Part shown: in pieces, positions 27,246 to 36,089 of the stretch | Position numbering within the stretch: position 1 is the stretch's first letter | Layout: every line of letters begins with the position of its first letter | Made by a program: the position numbers and the translations under genes | Assembly (NCBI GenBank): GCA_902580665.1 | Contig: CACHLP010000003.1 | Location: forward strand, 1-60,315 | Length of the DNA stretch: 60,315 nucleotides | Source of the DNA: an uncultured Pelagibacteraceae bacterium | GTDB lineage: Bacteria > Pseudomonadota > Alphaproteobacteria > Pelagibacterales > AG-422-B15 | Reading direction: 5' to 3' | The notes under the pieces: generated by a model | What the model was told of the DNA's origin: nothing | The model's input: only the letters and a program-made list of their open reading frames with translations | Database searches by the model: none

Positions 27246-27841
27246 ATATAGGACTTTGTAATAAAAGGATGAAAGAATGAAATAGCTTCAGTTTTCTTTC
27301 CCCTAATTTTTGCATTGTCATCATACTTTCGAAGTCTTACTGCATCTTCAAAATATTTATGACTTTCCAGTTTTCGAATAGCATCTTTGTTTAAATATCC
27401 GCCTTGAAGTTTAAAACTTCTTTTGGAGCCATCTGAAAGACCGTCATAATAATCTGATTGAACGGAACATAGATATCTCTTTGCAATAACGTGCATTTTA
27501 ATTGGGTAAGTAACTTCTTCAGGGAAATACTTGGATAAAAAAGATGCAGCAACGTTTTCATGATACTTGTCATTGTTTAAAAAATCATGGCTATTTACAT
27601 CTTCGCCAGTCAACATATGCCCTAAATCGTGAAATAATGAAGCAGTAATAAATTTATCACTTTCATTATTTTCTTTAGCTAAGGTTGCGCACTGAAGAGC
27701 ATGTTGTAATTGAGTAATCTCTTCGTCATAAAAACTGCACGAACCTCTTTGATCAATAATTTCACATAAAACATTGGTACGCTCAATAATTGAAGCTGAA
27801 TTTAATTTATTTTCTAGAGATTGGATTTTATCTAATTGCAT
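27242..27841 (-). CDS. HD-domain protein of the PhnZ/TmpB-like diiron oxygenase type
   Basis: 199 aa. Ordered ligand-like motifs are QLQHALQCA, LFHDLGH, YHEN, MHVIAKRYL, LQGG, KYDDNAK. These mirror the PhnZ pattern as I recall it. Confidence 0.6.
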   Translation of the reverse strand: MQLDKIQSLENKLNSASIIERTNVLCEIIDQRGSCSFYDEEITQLQHALQCATLAKENNESDKFITASLFHDLGHMLTGEDVNSHDFLNNDKYHENVAASFLSKYFPEEVTYPIKMHVIAKRYLCSVQSDYYDGLSDGSKRSFKLQGGYLNKDAIRKLESHKYFEDAVRLRKYDDNAKIRGKKTEAISFFHPFITKSYI

Positions 27842-27886
27842 GATTTAAATGATTAATTATATTTTTTTTAATGTCAATAATTTGAG

Positions 27887-27936
27887 CAGTAACATTAGTG
27901 TAATAAATTGCAAAATATCTGTAATAAAAATGCAAC
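27887..27936 (+). promoter_or_regulatory. Pho-box-like direct repeats in the divergent phnZ-like / phnC spacer
   Basis: CAGTAAC-atta-GTGTAAT (27887-27904) and CTGTAAT-aaaa-ATGCAAC (27919-27936). This is the 7-4-7 architecture of PhoB sites (E. coli consensus CTGTCAT-N4-CTGTCAT). Confidence 0.5.
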
Positions 27937-27975
27937 TTTGATTTAATTTTTTTGTATTAGTTTTCATTAATACTA

Positions 27976-28779
27976 ATGATCAAAGTAGAGAAATTAAATA
28001 AGTATTTTGGTGACAACCGTGCAGTAAACGATGTCACATTTGAAATTAATAAACCTGAAATGATTGGTATCATTGGCAGATCTGGTGCTGGAAAGTCAAC
28101 ATTACTGAGAATAATGAATCGTCTAACCGACGCAACTAGTGGATCTATTTTTATTGAAGGCAGAAATATACTTTCATTAACAAAGAAAGACAAACGAGCA
28201 TGGCAAAAAGATTGTGCCATGATATTTCAGCAATTCAATCTTGTGCCCCGTTTAGATGTTTTAACAAATGTAATTCTTGGAAGATCAAATATTCAAGGTA
28301 CTTTACGATCAAGCTTAAAACTTTTCACTAAAGATGAACGCGTTGATGCATTGATGGCTCTGGATAAATTGGGAATGGCTGAAACCGCGCTGCAAAGAGC
28401 AGAGACTTTATCTGGTGGACAGCAACAAAGGGTTGCAATTTGTAGAGCTATGATGCAGCAACCAAAAATGATTTTAGCCGACGAGCCTATTGCATCGCTA
28501 GACCCTCTTAATGCCCGACTTGTAATGGAATCACTTAGAAATATTCATAGAGAAAAGCAGATTACTGTTCTTGCAAATCTTCATACTCTTGATACCGCTA
28601 AAAATTATTGTGACAGAATCATTGGCATGAGACTTGGGGAAATTGTTTTTGATGATGTACCTTCAAGTTTAAAAGATGATGTTGCTAGAGAAATTTATGG
28701 CGCTGAAGCTGAAGAAGCATTTGAACCAACAGTTACTTCAACTTCACTTGGTGACAAACAGTTTGCAGAGGCAGGATAA
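27976..28779 (+). CDS. phnC: Phosphonate ABC transporter ATP-binding protein
   Basis: Walker [10 protein letters not shown], signature LSGGQQQR, Walker B ILADEP. Context with phnD/phnE. Confidence 0.9.
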   Translation: MIKVEKLNKYFGDNRAVNDVTFEINKPEMIGIIGRSGAGKSTLLRIMNRLTDATSGSIFIEGRNILSLTKKDKRAWQKDCAMIFQQFNLVPRLDVLTNVILGRSNIQGTLRSSLKLFTKDERVDALMALDKLGMAETALQRAETLSGGQQQRVAICRAMMQQPKMILADEPIASLDPLNARLVMESLRNIHREKQITVLANLHTLDTAKNYCDRIIGMRLGEIVFDDVPSSLKDDVAREIYGAEAEEAFEPTVTSTSLGDKQFAEAG

Positions 28780-28831
28780 TGTTAGCCTTTTCAAAAAAAA
28801 ACTTAACAACTAACAAGGAGATATACTAAAA

Positions 28832-29791
28832 ATGATTAAAAATTTAGTAAGGTCTATTATTGCTTGTTCATTCCTTTTCGTGTCTGCAAATGCATACGCA
28901 TGGGATGTATCTGGCTATAAAGGGCCAACAATGGACTTGAGTAAATATCAACCTGAAATGAGACTTGGATTTTTAGGCGATGAATCAGCTCAAGACATTA
29001 TTAAGAATAATGCATGTCTAAAGGAATATGCGGAAGTTGCATATGGAGTACCAGCTAAAATTTATACTTTTAAAGATTATGCAGGAACAATGGAGTCAAT
29101 GCTTGGTGGCAGCTTAGATTATGCTTGGTTTGGCTCATCAGGATATGCGGGTATATATCTAGAAGATCCTACCGCTACTGTACCAATTTTAACCAGAATG
29201 CAGCCAACAGGAGATATGGGCTATTATTCAGTCATGGTTACAAGATCAGACTCGGGTATCAATTCACTTGATGATTTAAAAGGTAAATCTTTTGGATGGG
29301 CTGATCCTAATTCAACATCTGGTTATCTAATACCATCAATCGAATTAAAAGCTGCAGGAATGGATCCAGACTCATACTTTGGCTCTACACAATTTTCAGG
29401 TGGTCATGAAAATAACGTTTTGGCAGTTCTTAATGGTGATATCGATGCAGGTGTGACATGGGTATCTGGAGTTGGTGAATGGAGCGAAGGTTACTCTTCT
29501 GGAAATCTGAGAAAAATGGTTGATAAAGGACTATTAAATATGGATGACATCAAACAGATTTGGTCATCTGCTTTGATACCAAATGGACCGATTGTAATGC
29601 CAACTAATATGCCTGTGAGAGCGCATCAGGTCATGGTAGGCATGAAGCAGTGGATCCATGAAAATGACCCACAATGCAGCGAGAATGTTGCAAATGGAGT
29701 TGTTAAAGCTTGGGTGCCAGTCGACCATAGTTTCTATGAAACTATTGTAGCTGCTCGTAAAGCTAAAATTGAAGCTAAAAAAGCCGAATAA
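28832..29791 (+). CDS. phnD: Phosphonate/phosphite ABC transporter substrate-binding protein
   Basis: Signal peptide. PhnD-like blocks (..DPNSTSGYLIP.., ..GGHENNVLAVLNGDIDAG..). Position between phnC and phnE. Confidence 0.85.
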   Translation: MIKNLVRSIIACSFLFVSANAYAWDVSGYKGPTMDLSKYQPEMRLGFLGDESAQDIIKNNACLKEYAEVAYGVPAKIYTFKDYAGTMESMLGGSLDYAWFGSSGYAGIYLEDPTATVPILTRMQPTGDMGYYSVMVTRSDSGINSLDDLKGKSFGWADPNSTSGYLIPSIELKAAGMDPDSYFGSTQFSGGHENNVLAVLNGDIDAGVTWVSGVGEWSEGYSSGNLRKMVDKGLLNMDDIKQIWSSALIPNGPIVMPTNMPVRAHQVMVGMKQWIHENDPQCSENVANGVVKAWVPVDHSFYETIVAARKAKIEAKKAE

Positions 29792-29808
29792 ATTTCGGTA
29801 GTTGTTTG

Positions 29809-29847
29809 CTAACTTAAGAGGATGGCATGCCCCATCCTCTTAGTTAG
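29809..29847 (+). other. Long intercistronic hairpin between phnD and phnE
   Basis: CTAACTTAAGAGGATGG-catgcc-CCATCCTCTT(A)GTTAG gives a ~16-bp stem with one bulge. No strong T-tract follows. Confidence 0.6.
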
Positions 29848-29855
29848 TTGTTTAT

Positions 29856-30722
29856 TTGGAGGAAACAGTGCAATCATCATTGCCAGAAAATTTAATTAAA
29901 ATTGAAAATAATTTAAAATCTCTTACAAGAACAAGATCAATTTATTCTTTTCTCTCAATTGCGGCATTGATAGCAGTTATTTATTCGGGTTTAATTGTAG
30001 CAGAAACAGGAAATGCGACTAGCATCTGGGTTGGATTACCTAAATTTTTCGATTACCCAGTTGATCTATTTGTTGGGTCATGGGAATACGGCTATAGATG
30101 GAATTTATTGTTACTTGAATACCTTCCAGATTTAATAAGCACTATTAATATGGCTCTATTTTCAACAGCAATGGGTACGTTGCTAGCCTTTTTTTTAAGT
30201 ATTTTTTCAAGTCGTAATCTAATCAAAAGTAAAACTACTGTATTAATATTTCGACGCATCATGGATATATGCAGATCGTTTCCAGAATTAGTTATTGCGC
30301 TTGTTTTGTTGTATCTACTGGGAAAGTCAGCACTGCCTGCTGTAATTGCCATCATAATTCATACCGCAGGAGCTCTTGGCAAATTGTTTTCAGAAGCTAT
30401 TGAGAATGTCGACAAAAATCCAATTGAAGGTCTTGAGTCCTGTGGAGCTTCATGGTTTACCAGAATAAGATTTGGTGTGGTAACTCAGGCACTCCCTCTA
30501 TTTCTAACTTACACAATTTTAAGATTTGAGATTAATATAAGGGCTTCAACTATTTTGGGATTTGTTGGCGCTGGAGGTATCGGTGAGCAACTTTACACTA
30601 ATATACAGTGGAAATATGAAGCTGACACTATTGCAATAATGTTTTTACTTGTGTCTACGATCATTGCATTGGATTACTTATCAAGTTATTGGCGAAAATC
30701 ATTAATAGGATTGAAATCATGA
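29856..30722 (+). CDS. phnE: Phosphonate ABC transporter permease
   Basis: 288 aa, 6 TM helices. PhnE-like EAIENVD...G..S.GAS loop. TTG start per the ORF track. Confidence 0.85.
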   Translation: MEETVQSSLPENLIKIENNLKSLTRTRSIYSFLSIAALIAVIYSGLIVAETGNATSIWVGLPKFFDYPVDLFVGSWEYGYRWNLLLLEYLPDLISTINMALFSTAMGTLLAFFLSIFSSRNLIKSKTTVLIFRRIMDICRSFPELVIALVLLYLLGKSALPAVIAIIIHTAGALGKLFSEAIENVDKNPIEGLESCGASWFTRIRFGVVTQALPLFLTYTILRFEINIRASTILGFVGAGGIGEQLYTNIQWKYEADTIAIMFLLVSTIIALDYLSSYWRKSLIGLKS

Positions 30723-32128
30723 ACAGGTCTGAAATTATTAAAAATTATTCAGATATAGTAGTTACTAAATTTTCATCTAAAATGTGGTCAACTTTTTTAG
30801 TGCTCGGGATTATAGTGTATTTAATCATAGCAATTTTAAGCCTCGACATATTGCAGATTCATAAAAAATGGAGTCCTGAAAGAGCTTCTTTGTTTGCCCT
30901 CGACACATATGCACATAAAGACCATGTCACAATGAAATGGAGTGAACCAGATGATATAATTATATCCTTTGAAGGAAGCAGGTGGTCTCAGTATGTTGGC
31001 CCCTATCAAAAAAGTGACGGTCTTCCAGAAAGGTATCCTGAATGGACTTCCATAGGTCCAGAGGGTGAAACAAAAATAAGTTTTAAAAATGGAGGGTTTG
31101 CAAATCTATACGATGATAAAGTTACAATAGAAAACTGGCCAGACACCAAAGAAACACTTGTTTTTCGTCTTGATGCACAAGGTAAGCCTTACGTTGAAAA
31201 TGTAGATAATCTCCCAAAATGGATAAGGGTAACGGAAAATAAAATAGAGGTTAGACCATCTCTTTACGAAAGAGTTCAAGTTTATTCAAAAAAAGTTGAA
31301 GTACATAGGTACAATCTTGGTTGGAACTATTTCTGGTTTGACTTTGACAGTCCTTTAGAACCATATGGAATTTGGAATGCTATTTCACTTTCATTCTCAG
31401 GCGATAGAGTTGACCCCAATATTTCAAATTTTTCGCTTCTAATTCAAGAATTTCTAAATAATGATATGTGGCATCATGGACAAATATTGTGGGCTTTATT
31501 AGAGACAATTTTTATGGCTCTATTGGGCACCCTACTAGCAGCTCTTCTGGGTTTTCCTCTGGCATTTTTTGCAGCTTACAATGTAACGCCTTTTAAATTT
31601 GTTCGAACGATATTAAGACGGTTATTTGATACATTAAGAGGCATCGATTTTTTGATTTGGAGCTTAATTTTTTTAAGAGCCTTCGGACCAGGACCATTTA
31701 CTGGAATATTTGCTATTGCAATTACAGATACAGGAACTCTTGGAAAATTAATGTCTGAAGCAATAGAAAACACTGAAGAAAAGCAACAAGAAGGTGTAGA
31801 GTCTACGGGAGCGAATAAAACTCTTCAACACAGATTTGGAATTATACCTCAAATACTTCCTATTTTTATTTCCCAAACTCTTTACTACTTAGAGTCAAAC
31901 ACGAGAGGAGCTGTTATTATAGGTGCCATGGGCGCAGGCGGCATAGGTTTACAATTACTTGGAGCAATAAATACGGGTACCAGTTGGGAAAATGTTATGT
32001 ATATGTCATTATTGATTTTAGGAGTTGTTATTTTCATGGATACAATGTCCGCAAAAGTAAGAAGAGCTTTGATTGGTGATGAAACGCTAGGAGCAGAATT
32101 ACAATTGGCAAAAATGGCAAAAAAATAA
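30719..32128 (+). CDS. phnE: Phosphonate ABC transporter permease, second copy with ~200-aa extracytoplasmic insertion after TM1
   Basis: An ATGA overlap with the upstream phnE stop favours ATG 30719. The C-terminal ~250 aa is PhnE-like (EAIENTEEKQQEGVESTGAN). The N-terminal part is one TM helix plus a ~200-aa hydrophilic domain. Confidence 0.8.
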   Translation: MNRSEIIKNYSDIVVTKFSSKMWSTFLVLGIIVYLIIAILSLDILQIHKKWSPERASLFALDTYAHKDHVTMKWSEPDDIIISFEGSRWSQYVGPYQKSDGLPERYPEWTSIGPEGETKISFKNGGFANLYDDKVTIENWPDTKETLVFRLDAQGKPYVENVDNLPKWIRVTENKIEVRPSLYERVQVYSKKVEVHRYNLGWNYFWFDFDSPLEPYGIWNAISLSFSGDRVDPNISNFSLLIQEFLNNDMWHHGQILWALLETIFMALLGTLLAALLGFPLAFFAAYNVTPFKFVRTILRRLFDTLRGIDFLIWSLIFLRAFGPGPFTGIFAIAITDTGTLGKLMSEAIENTEEKQQEGVESTGANKTLQHRFGIIPQILPIFISQTLYYLESNTRGAVIIGAMGAGGIGLQLLGAINTGTSWENVMYMSLLILGVVIFMDTMSAKVRRALIGDETLGAELQLAKMAKK

Positions 32129-32181
32129 TTTTTTTTTTGAGATCTTAATATTTTTTTAACAATCTATTTGTACAATTAATT

Positions 32182-32619
32182 ATGACCAAATTTATTCAAT
32201 TCTTTTTAATAACGTCGTACATGTTATCATCTCTTGCTCTTGCAGACAGTCATGAAGACAATACAATTGGGCAAGCTGGAAGTGACTATTCTACCAATAC
32301 TGAAAGTACATACGAGAGCAATATAGGAAACTGTGAAGATTTAAGTATATTAATGCTCCGTGGATCAATTAAAAACGATATACAGCGAGCTGACCCAGAT
32401 TCAGCAACGAAAGCACATAATTTAATGCTTGAAGGAATGGAATTGTGTAATAAAAATCAAAACGTCCTTGCAAAAATGAAATTGAAAGAGGCTCAAACTA
32501 TAGCGAGAGAAGGCAATGTTGCCGGACAAGATATGAGAATTGGAATTGTTAATGAGTCAGACGAACTGCAAGAAGAGACAGAAAATGAAAAAGAAAAGTC
32601 ATGGTGGCAGATTTTTTAA
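32182..32619 (+). CDS. Secreted hypothetical protein (acidic C-terminus)
   Basis: 145 aa with a signal peptide (..SSLALA/DS). No recognisable family. Confidence 0.5.
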   Translation: MTKFIQFFLITSYMLSSLALADSHEDNTIGQAGSDYSTNTESTYESNIGNCEDLSILMLRGSIKNDIQRADPDSATKAHNLMLEGMELCNKNQNVLAKMKLKEAQTIAREGNVAGQDMRIGIVNESDELQEETENEKEKSWWQIF

Positions 32620-32964
32620 CTACACCTCTTCTAATAACGTACAAAAGCCAGGATCACTACCATTAAAAAAAGTTTCTATATTAGAAGAACAGTGATTAAT
32701 CACACATTGGTCTGACTCATAAAAATAATCATTAATATTTTTAGCTGATTTAATATTCTGCAACATACAAAGACTATACTCATTGAAGTTACTGCTAGGA
32801 TGAGTATTAAAATATATTTCACAATTAATTATTGTCTCATCGTACCCTATTTCTAGAGATGAAGTGTTTTGAAAGTAAGCTATACAACTCTTAAAGTCGT
32901 CAGCATAGATGTTTGTGCTCAGCAGAATTTTAAAAATGAACATTAAAAGTACGAATCGTTTCAT
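32620..32964 (-). CDS. Secreted Cys-rich hypothetical protein
   Basis: 114 aa, signal peptide (..TNIYA/DD), 7 Cys. No recognisable family. Confidence 0.5.
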   Translation of the reverse strand: MKRFVLLMFIFKILLSTNIYADDFKSCIAYFQNTSSLEIGYDETIINCEIYFNTHPSSNFNEYSLCMLQNIKSAKNINDYFYESDQCVINHCSSNIETFFNGSDPGFCTLLEEV

Positions 32965-32980
32965 GTAATATTATTGTAAT
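32963..32980 (+). promoter_or_regulatory. Pho-box-like 7-4-7 repeat upstream of the MFS gene
   Basis: ATGTAAT-atta-TTGTAAT. A further TTGTAAT lies 21 nt downstream (32995-33001). Confidence 0.3.
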
Positions 32981-33095
32981 ATTTCTTAACATTTTTGTAA
33001 TATTTAAAAATTGGTAAACAATCTATTTTTTAACTATTGTAAAAATAACAAATTTATTCAATGACTTATAAAACAAATACTAAACAGGCATCAAG

Positions 33096-34307
33096 TTGAA
33101 AGAAAATAATAGTTTATTTCCTGTTCATACTATTGGAATTGTAACAATCATTGGTTACGGATTTTTATTCTATACTATTGCCCCATTAAAAGAGTATATC
33201 TCACTGCACACCAATTTAAGTGAGGAATTAATTCTCACAATGTTTAGTTTAGCACTGTTATTTCAAGCCCTATTAGCGCCTCGGATTGGAAAATGGTCAG
33301 ACCATCATGGAAGCCTAATCGTAATTAAATACGGCCTGTTATTAGGTATGATAGGCTCAATTTTTATTGGAATAACAGAGATTGATTTATTTATTTTCAA
33401 AAATGTATTGTGGGTGTTTATTTCTATGTTTCTAATTACCTTGGGGCTTGGTATGTCAACCTATGAGGTAGCGTTTAATGCGGCAGTCCAAATGGATGAA
33501 ATCAATTCTAGAAAAAATATTTCAATAATTACTTTTTATGGAGCGGTAGCGAGCACTATTACCTGGCTTTCAATTTATCCACTTATATACAATGTAGGTT
33601 TATTCTATACGTGTTTATTTACTTCAATTATTTTATTAATTGGCTATGTACTTGTGTCCTCAAAGGAAATGAAATACAAATCAAATATAGAATACTTAAA
33701 TGAAAGTAAGTTATTATTTAATTGGAATGAGCTAAAGAAGACACAAAAGAAATCATTTTTTTATATTACAATATCCTCTTCTTTACAAAATTTCTTTTTT
33801 GTAGCATTTACCCTTGCATTAGTAAATTTTTTTACAGAAACATTTAATGACATTAGTATCGCGGTTGTACTTGCGAGTATATATGGCCCGTTTCAACTTG
33901 TAGGAAGATACTTGGAAATGAAAATTGGAAAGCATTACGACGCAAGATATACAGGCTTAATAGCCTTTTTGTTTGTAATTTTTTCAATTTTTACAGCTCA
34001 ATTTACAAATAATATTTTTGTTGCCGCAATTAGTATGGCTTTTTTCGGAATGGGTCACGGTGTTTTAACAATAACATATGGTTATGTCACCAATATGTAT
34101 TTTGAGTCACAAATTTATGGCCAAGCTAAAGGGTGGATGGCCCTTTCAAGGAGCATTAGCTTTGCCGTAGGTCCAGCATTAGGTGCACTTCTTTTTGCGT
34201 ATAATTTAAACTTATTTACGATTACGATTGTAACAACTGCAATCCTATCAGCGTTTTCTTTCTCACTAATAATTTTCGAGAAACCTACAAATCAAATGCA
34301 CAAATAA
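33096..34307 (+). CDS. MFS transporter
   Basis: 403 aa, ~12 TM helices in 6+6 architecture. TTG start per the ORF track. Confidence 0.75.
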   Translation: MKENNSLFPVHTIGIVTIIGYGFLFYTIAPLKEYISLHTNLSEELILTMFSLALLFQALLAPRIGKWSDHHGSLIVIKYGLLLGMIGSIFIGITEIDLFIFKNVLWVFISMFLITLGLGMSTYEVAFNAAVQMDEINSRKNISIITFYGAVASTITWLSIYPLIYNVGLFYTCLFTSIILLIGYVLVSSKEMKYKSNIEYLNESKLLFNWNELKKTQKKSFFYITISSSLQNFFFVAFTLALVNFFTETFNDISIAVVLASIYGPFQLVGRYLEMKIGKHYDARYTGLIAFLFVIFSIFTAQFTNNIFVAAISMAFFGMGHGVLTITYGYVTNMYFESQIYGQAKGWMALSRSISFAVGPALGALLFAYNLNLFTITIVTTAILSAFSFSLIIFEKPTNQMHK

Positions 34308-35009
34308 TTATAATTTGCTTACTTCTAATTGAATTTTACTTCCAACGAAATAACTATCACTTATCTCAATTGGTTTGTTATTAATATCTGTATTTATTGC
34401 TTTTGTATGTATTAACGGGTCTCCGATATTTATTTTTAAATATTTGGATTGTACATTATTCGCACTCTCTGCTGATACTGTTGTTTTTTTTCTATATATT
34501 TTTTTTAATCCATATTTATTAAAGGACAATGTCATAGAGCCAGTTTTACGAAAAAATAAATCAAAATTTTTAAATCTTTTTTCTGGGACTAATCTTTCTG
34601 TTAAAATAAGTGGAATACCATTAGCTTTAGAGATTGTATAAATATAGAAAACTGAATCATTTTTTTTTAAATTAAATTCTCTTATTTCATTGCTGTACCC
34701 TTTTCTCTTATCTATAGAAATAATATCTACAGCAATATCAGTAGTCTCTTGATTTAAATTCTGTGATGCCCTTACTGTTTTTCCGATTTTATAATTTATT
34801 TTCTTAGAGTTGAGAAAATATCCTAAACCTCTTCTCGAATAAATGATATTTTCTTTTTTAAGGGCCTCGATTCCACGTCTAACTGTATGCCTATTCACCT
34901 TAAAAAGCTTAGCATAATAGTTTTCAGAATAGATTTTTTCCCCTAATCGAAGCTTACGATCAATAATATCTTTTTTTATTGAGTCCCTTATTTCTTCCCA
35001 GGCAAACAT
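34308..35009 (-). CDS. phnF: GntR/HutC-family transcriptional regulator of phosphonate utilisation
   Basis: N-terminal winged HTH (..FKVNRHTVRRGIEALKKENIIYSRRGLGYF) plus a UTRA-like C-terminal domain. Divergent from phnG. Confidence 0.8.
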   Translation of the reverse strand: MFAWEEIRDSIKKDIIDRKLRLGEKIYSENYYAKLFKVNRHTVRRGIEALKKENIIYSRRGLGYFLNSKKINYKIGKTVRASQNLNQETTDIAVDIISIDKRKGYSNEIREFNLKKNDSVFYIYTISKANGIPLILTERLVPEKRFKNFDLFFRKTGSMTLSFNKYGLKKIYRKKTTVSAESANNVQSKYLKINIGDPLIHTKAINTDINNKPIEISDSYFVGSKIQLEVSKL

Positions 35010-35062
35010 TTAGCTATTGTAACATATTTTTAATAATTAAATTGAAACGAATTGTCATAATT

Positions 35063-35090
35063 AGTATAGTATACTTGTATAGTTGTATAG
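35063..35090. promoter_or_regulatory. Candidate PhnF (HutC-type) operator
   Basis: Perfect 13-bp palindrome AGTATAgTATACT (35063-35075) with a GT..AC core. Two further GTATAG copies lie at 35077-35082 and 35085-35090, 6 nt before the phnG ATG. Confidence 0.4.
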
Positions 35091-35096
35091 ATTAAT

Positions 35097-35528
35097 ATGG
35101 AAAGAAAATTTTGGCTTAGTACATTGGCTACATGCAATGATGCCCACCTAACTTCTCTTTGGGAAAAATTTGGTATTGAGGTAAATTTCACATGGCTTAG
35201 AAAACCGGAAATAGGCAGTATAATGTGTCAAGGAAAAATTGGAGTAACAGGAAATAATTTCAATTTTGGTGAAGTTACTATTACCCGTTGTCAATTGAAA
35301 ACCTCACAAGGAAAAATTGGTCACGGATACGTGCAAGGAAGAAATAAATATAAGGCTGAAATTGTTGCTATATGCGATGCTTTACTGCAAACAAATAAAA
35401 GAGATTTTTTAATCAAAAATATAATACGCCCTCTAGTTGTAAGCGATAAAAATTTAAAAAAAGATGTAATGTCAAAATCAGAGTCAACAGCTGTCGATTT
35501 CTTTACATTGGTGCGAGGTGAAACTTGA
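35097..35528 (+). CDS. phnG: C-P lyase core complex subunit PhnG
   Basis: LRKPEIGSIMCQGKIGVTGNNFNFGEVTITRC matches the PhnG signature. Operon context. Confidence 0.85.
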   Translation: MERKFWLSTLATCNDAHLTSLWEKFGIEVNFTWLRKPEIGSIMCQGKIGVTGNNFNFGEVTITRCQLKTSQGKIGHGYVQGRNKYKAEIVAICDALLQTNKRDFLIKNIIRPLVVSDKNLKKDVMSKSESTAVDFFTLVRGET

Positions 35529-36084
35529 AATGATTAATACAAATGAAAACGAGTCTATTATAAAAGCCGATGCATTCAGAGCTATATTGTTTGCAACTTC
35601 TTATCCTGGATCAATTGAAAAGTTTTTAGAGATAAATAAACCTAAACAAATTTCTACATCTTCAGCTTCTATTTTGTCCACTATGTGCGATCACACCAGC
35701 ACCATTTATATTGGAAAATCATTAGACACTAAATCCTTAAGAGATTGGGTAGCCTTTCATACAAACTCTAAAATAGTAGATAAAAAATTTGCAAATTTTG
35801 CAATTGGTACTTTCCATGACATGTTGCCCCTTACAGAGTTCTCTAGAGGATCAGACGAGTTTCCGGATAGATCATGTACATTAATAATTGAGACACCCTT
35901 TAAATCAGACAATGTAAGTATTTCGGGGCCCGGTATCAAAGGTAGCAAAGATATCTACTTACCACATGCGAATAAAATAAGTGATGTAAATAACTCCTTC
36001 CCCCTTGGTATAGATTTCTATTTTACCAATAAAAGCAATTTTTTTTGCATTCCAAGATCAATAAAAATTAAAAAGAAAGGATAG
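35518..36084 (+). CDS. phnH: C-P lyase core complex subunit PhnH
   Basis: FRAILFATSYPGSI motif. The GTG at 35518 overlaps phnG. An alternative ATG at 35530 lies just past the phnG stop. Confidence 0.8.
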   Translation: MKLEMINTNENESIIKADAFRAILFATSYPGSIEKFLEINKPKQISTSSASILSTMCDHTSTIYIGKSLDTKSLRDWVAFHTNSKIVDKKFANFAIGTFHDMLPLTEFSRGSDEFPDRSCTLIIETPFKSDNVSISGPGIKGSKDIYLPHANKISDVNNSFPLGIDFYFTNKSNFFCIPRSIKIKKKG

Positions 36085-36089
36085 TTTCT

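Noticed and set aside
30689-30718. TTG start at 30689 for the second phnE, giving a 34-nt overlap with the first phnE.
   Set aside because: ATG 30719 forms an ATGA stop/start overlap with the upstream gene, the pattern used repeatedly in this window. The extra 10 residues add nothing recognisable.
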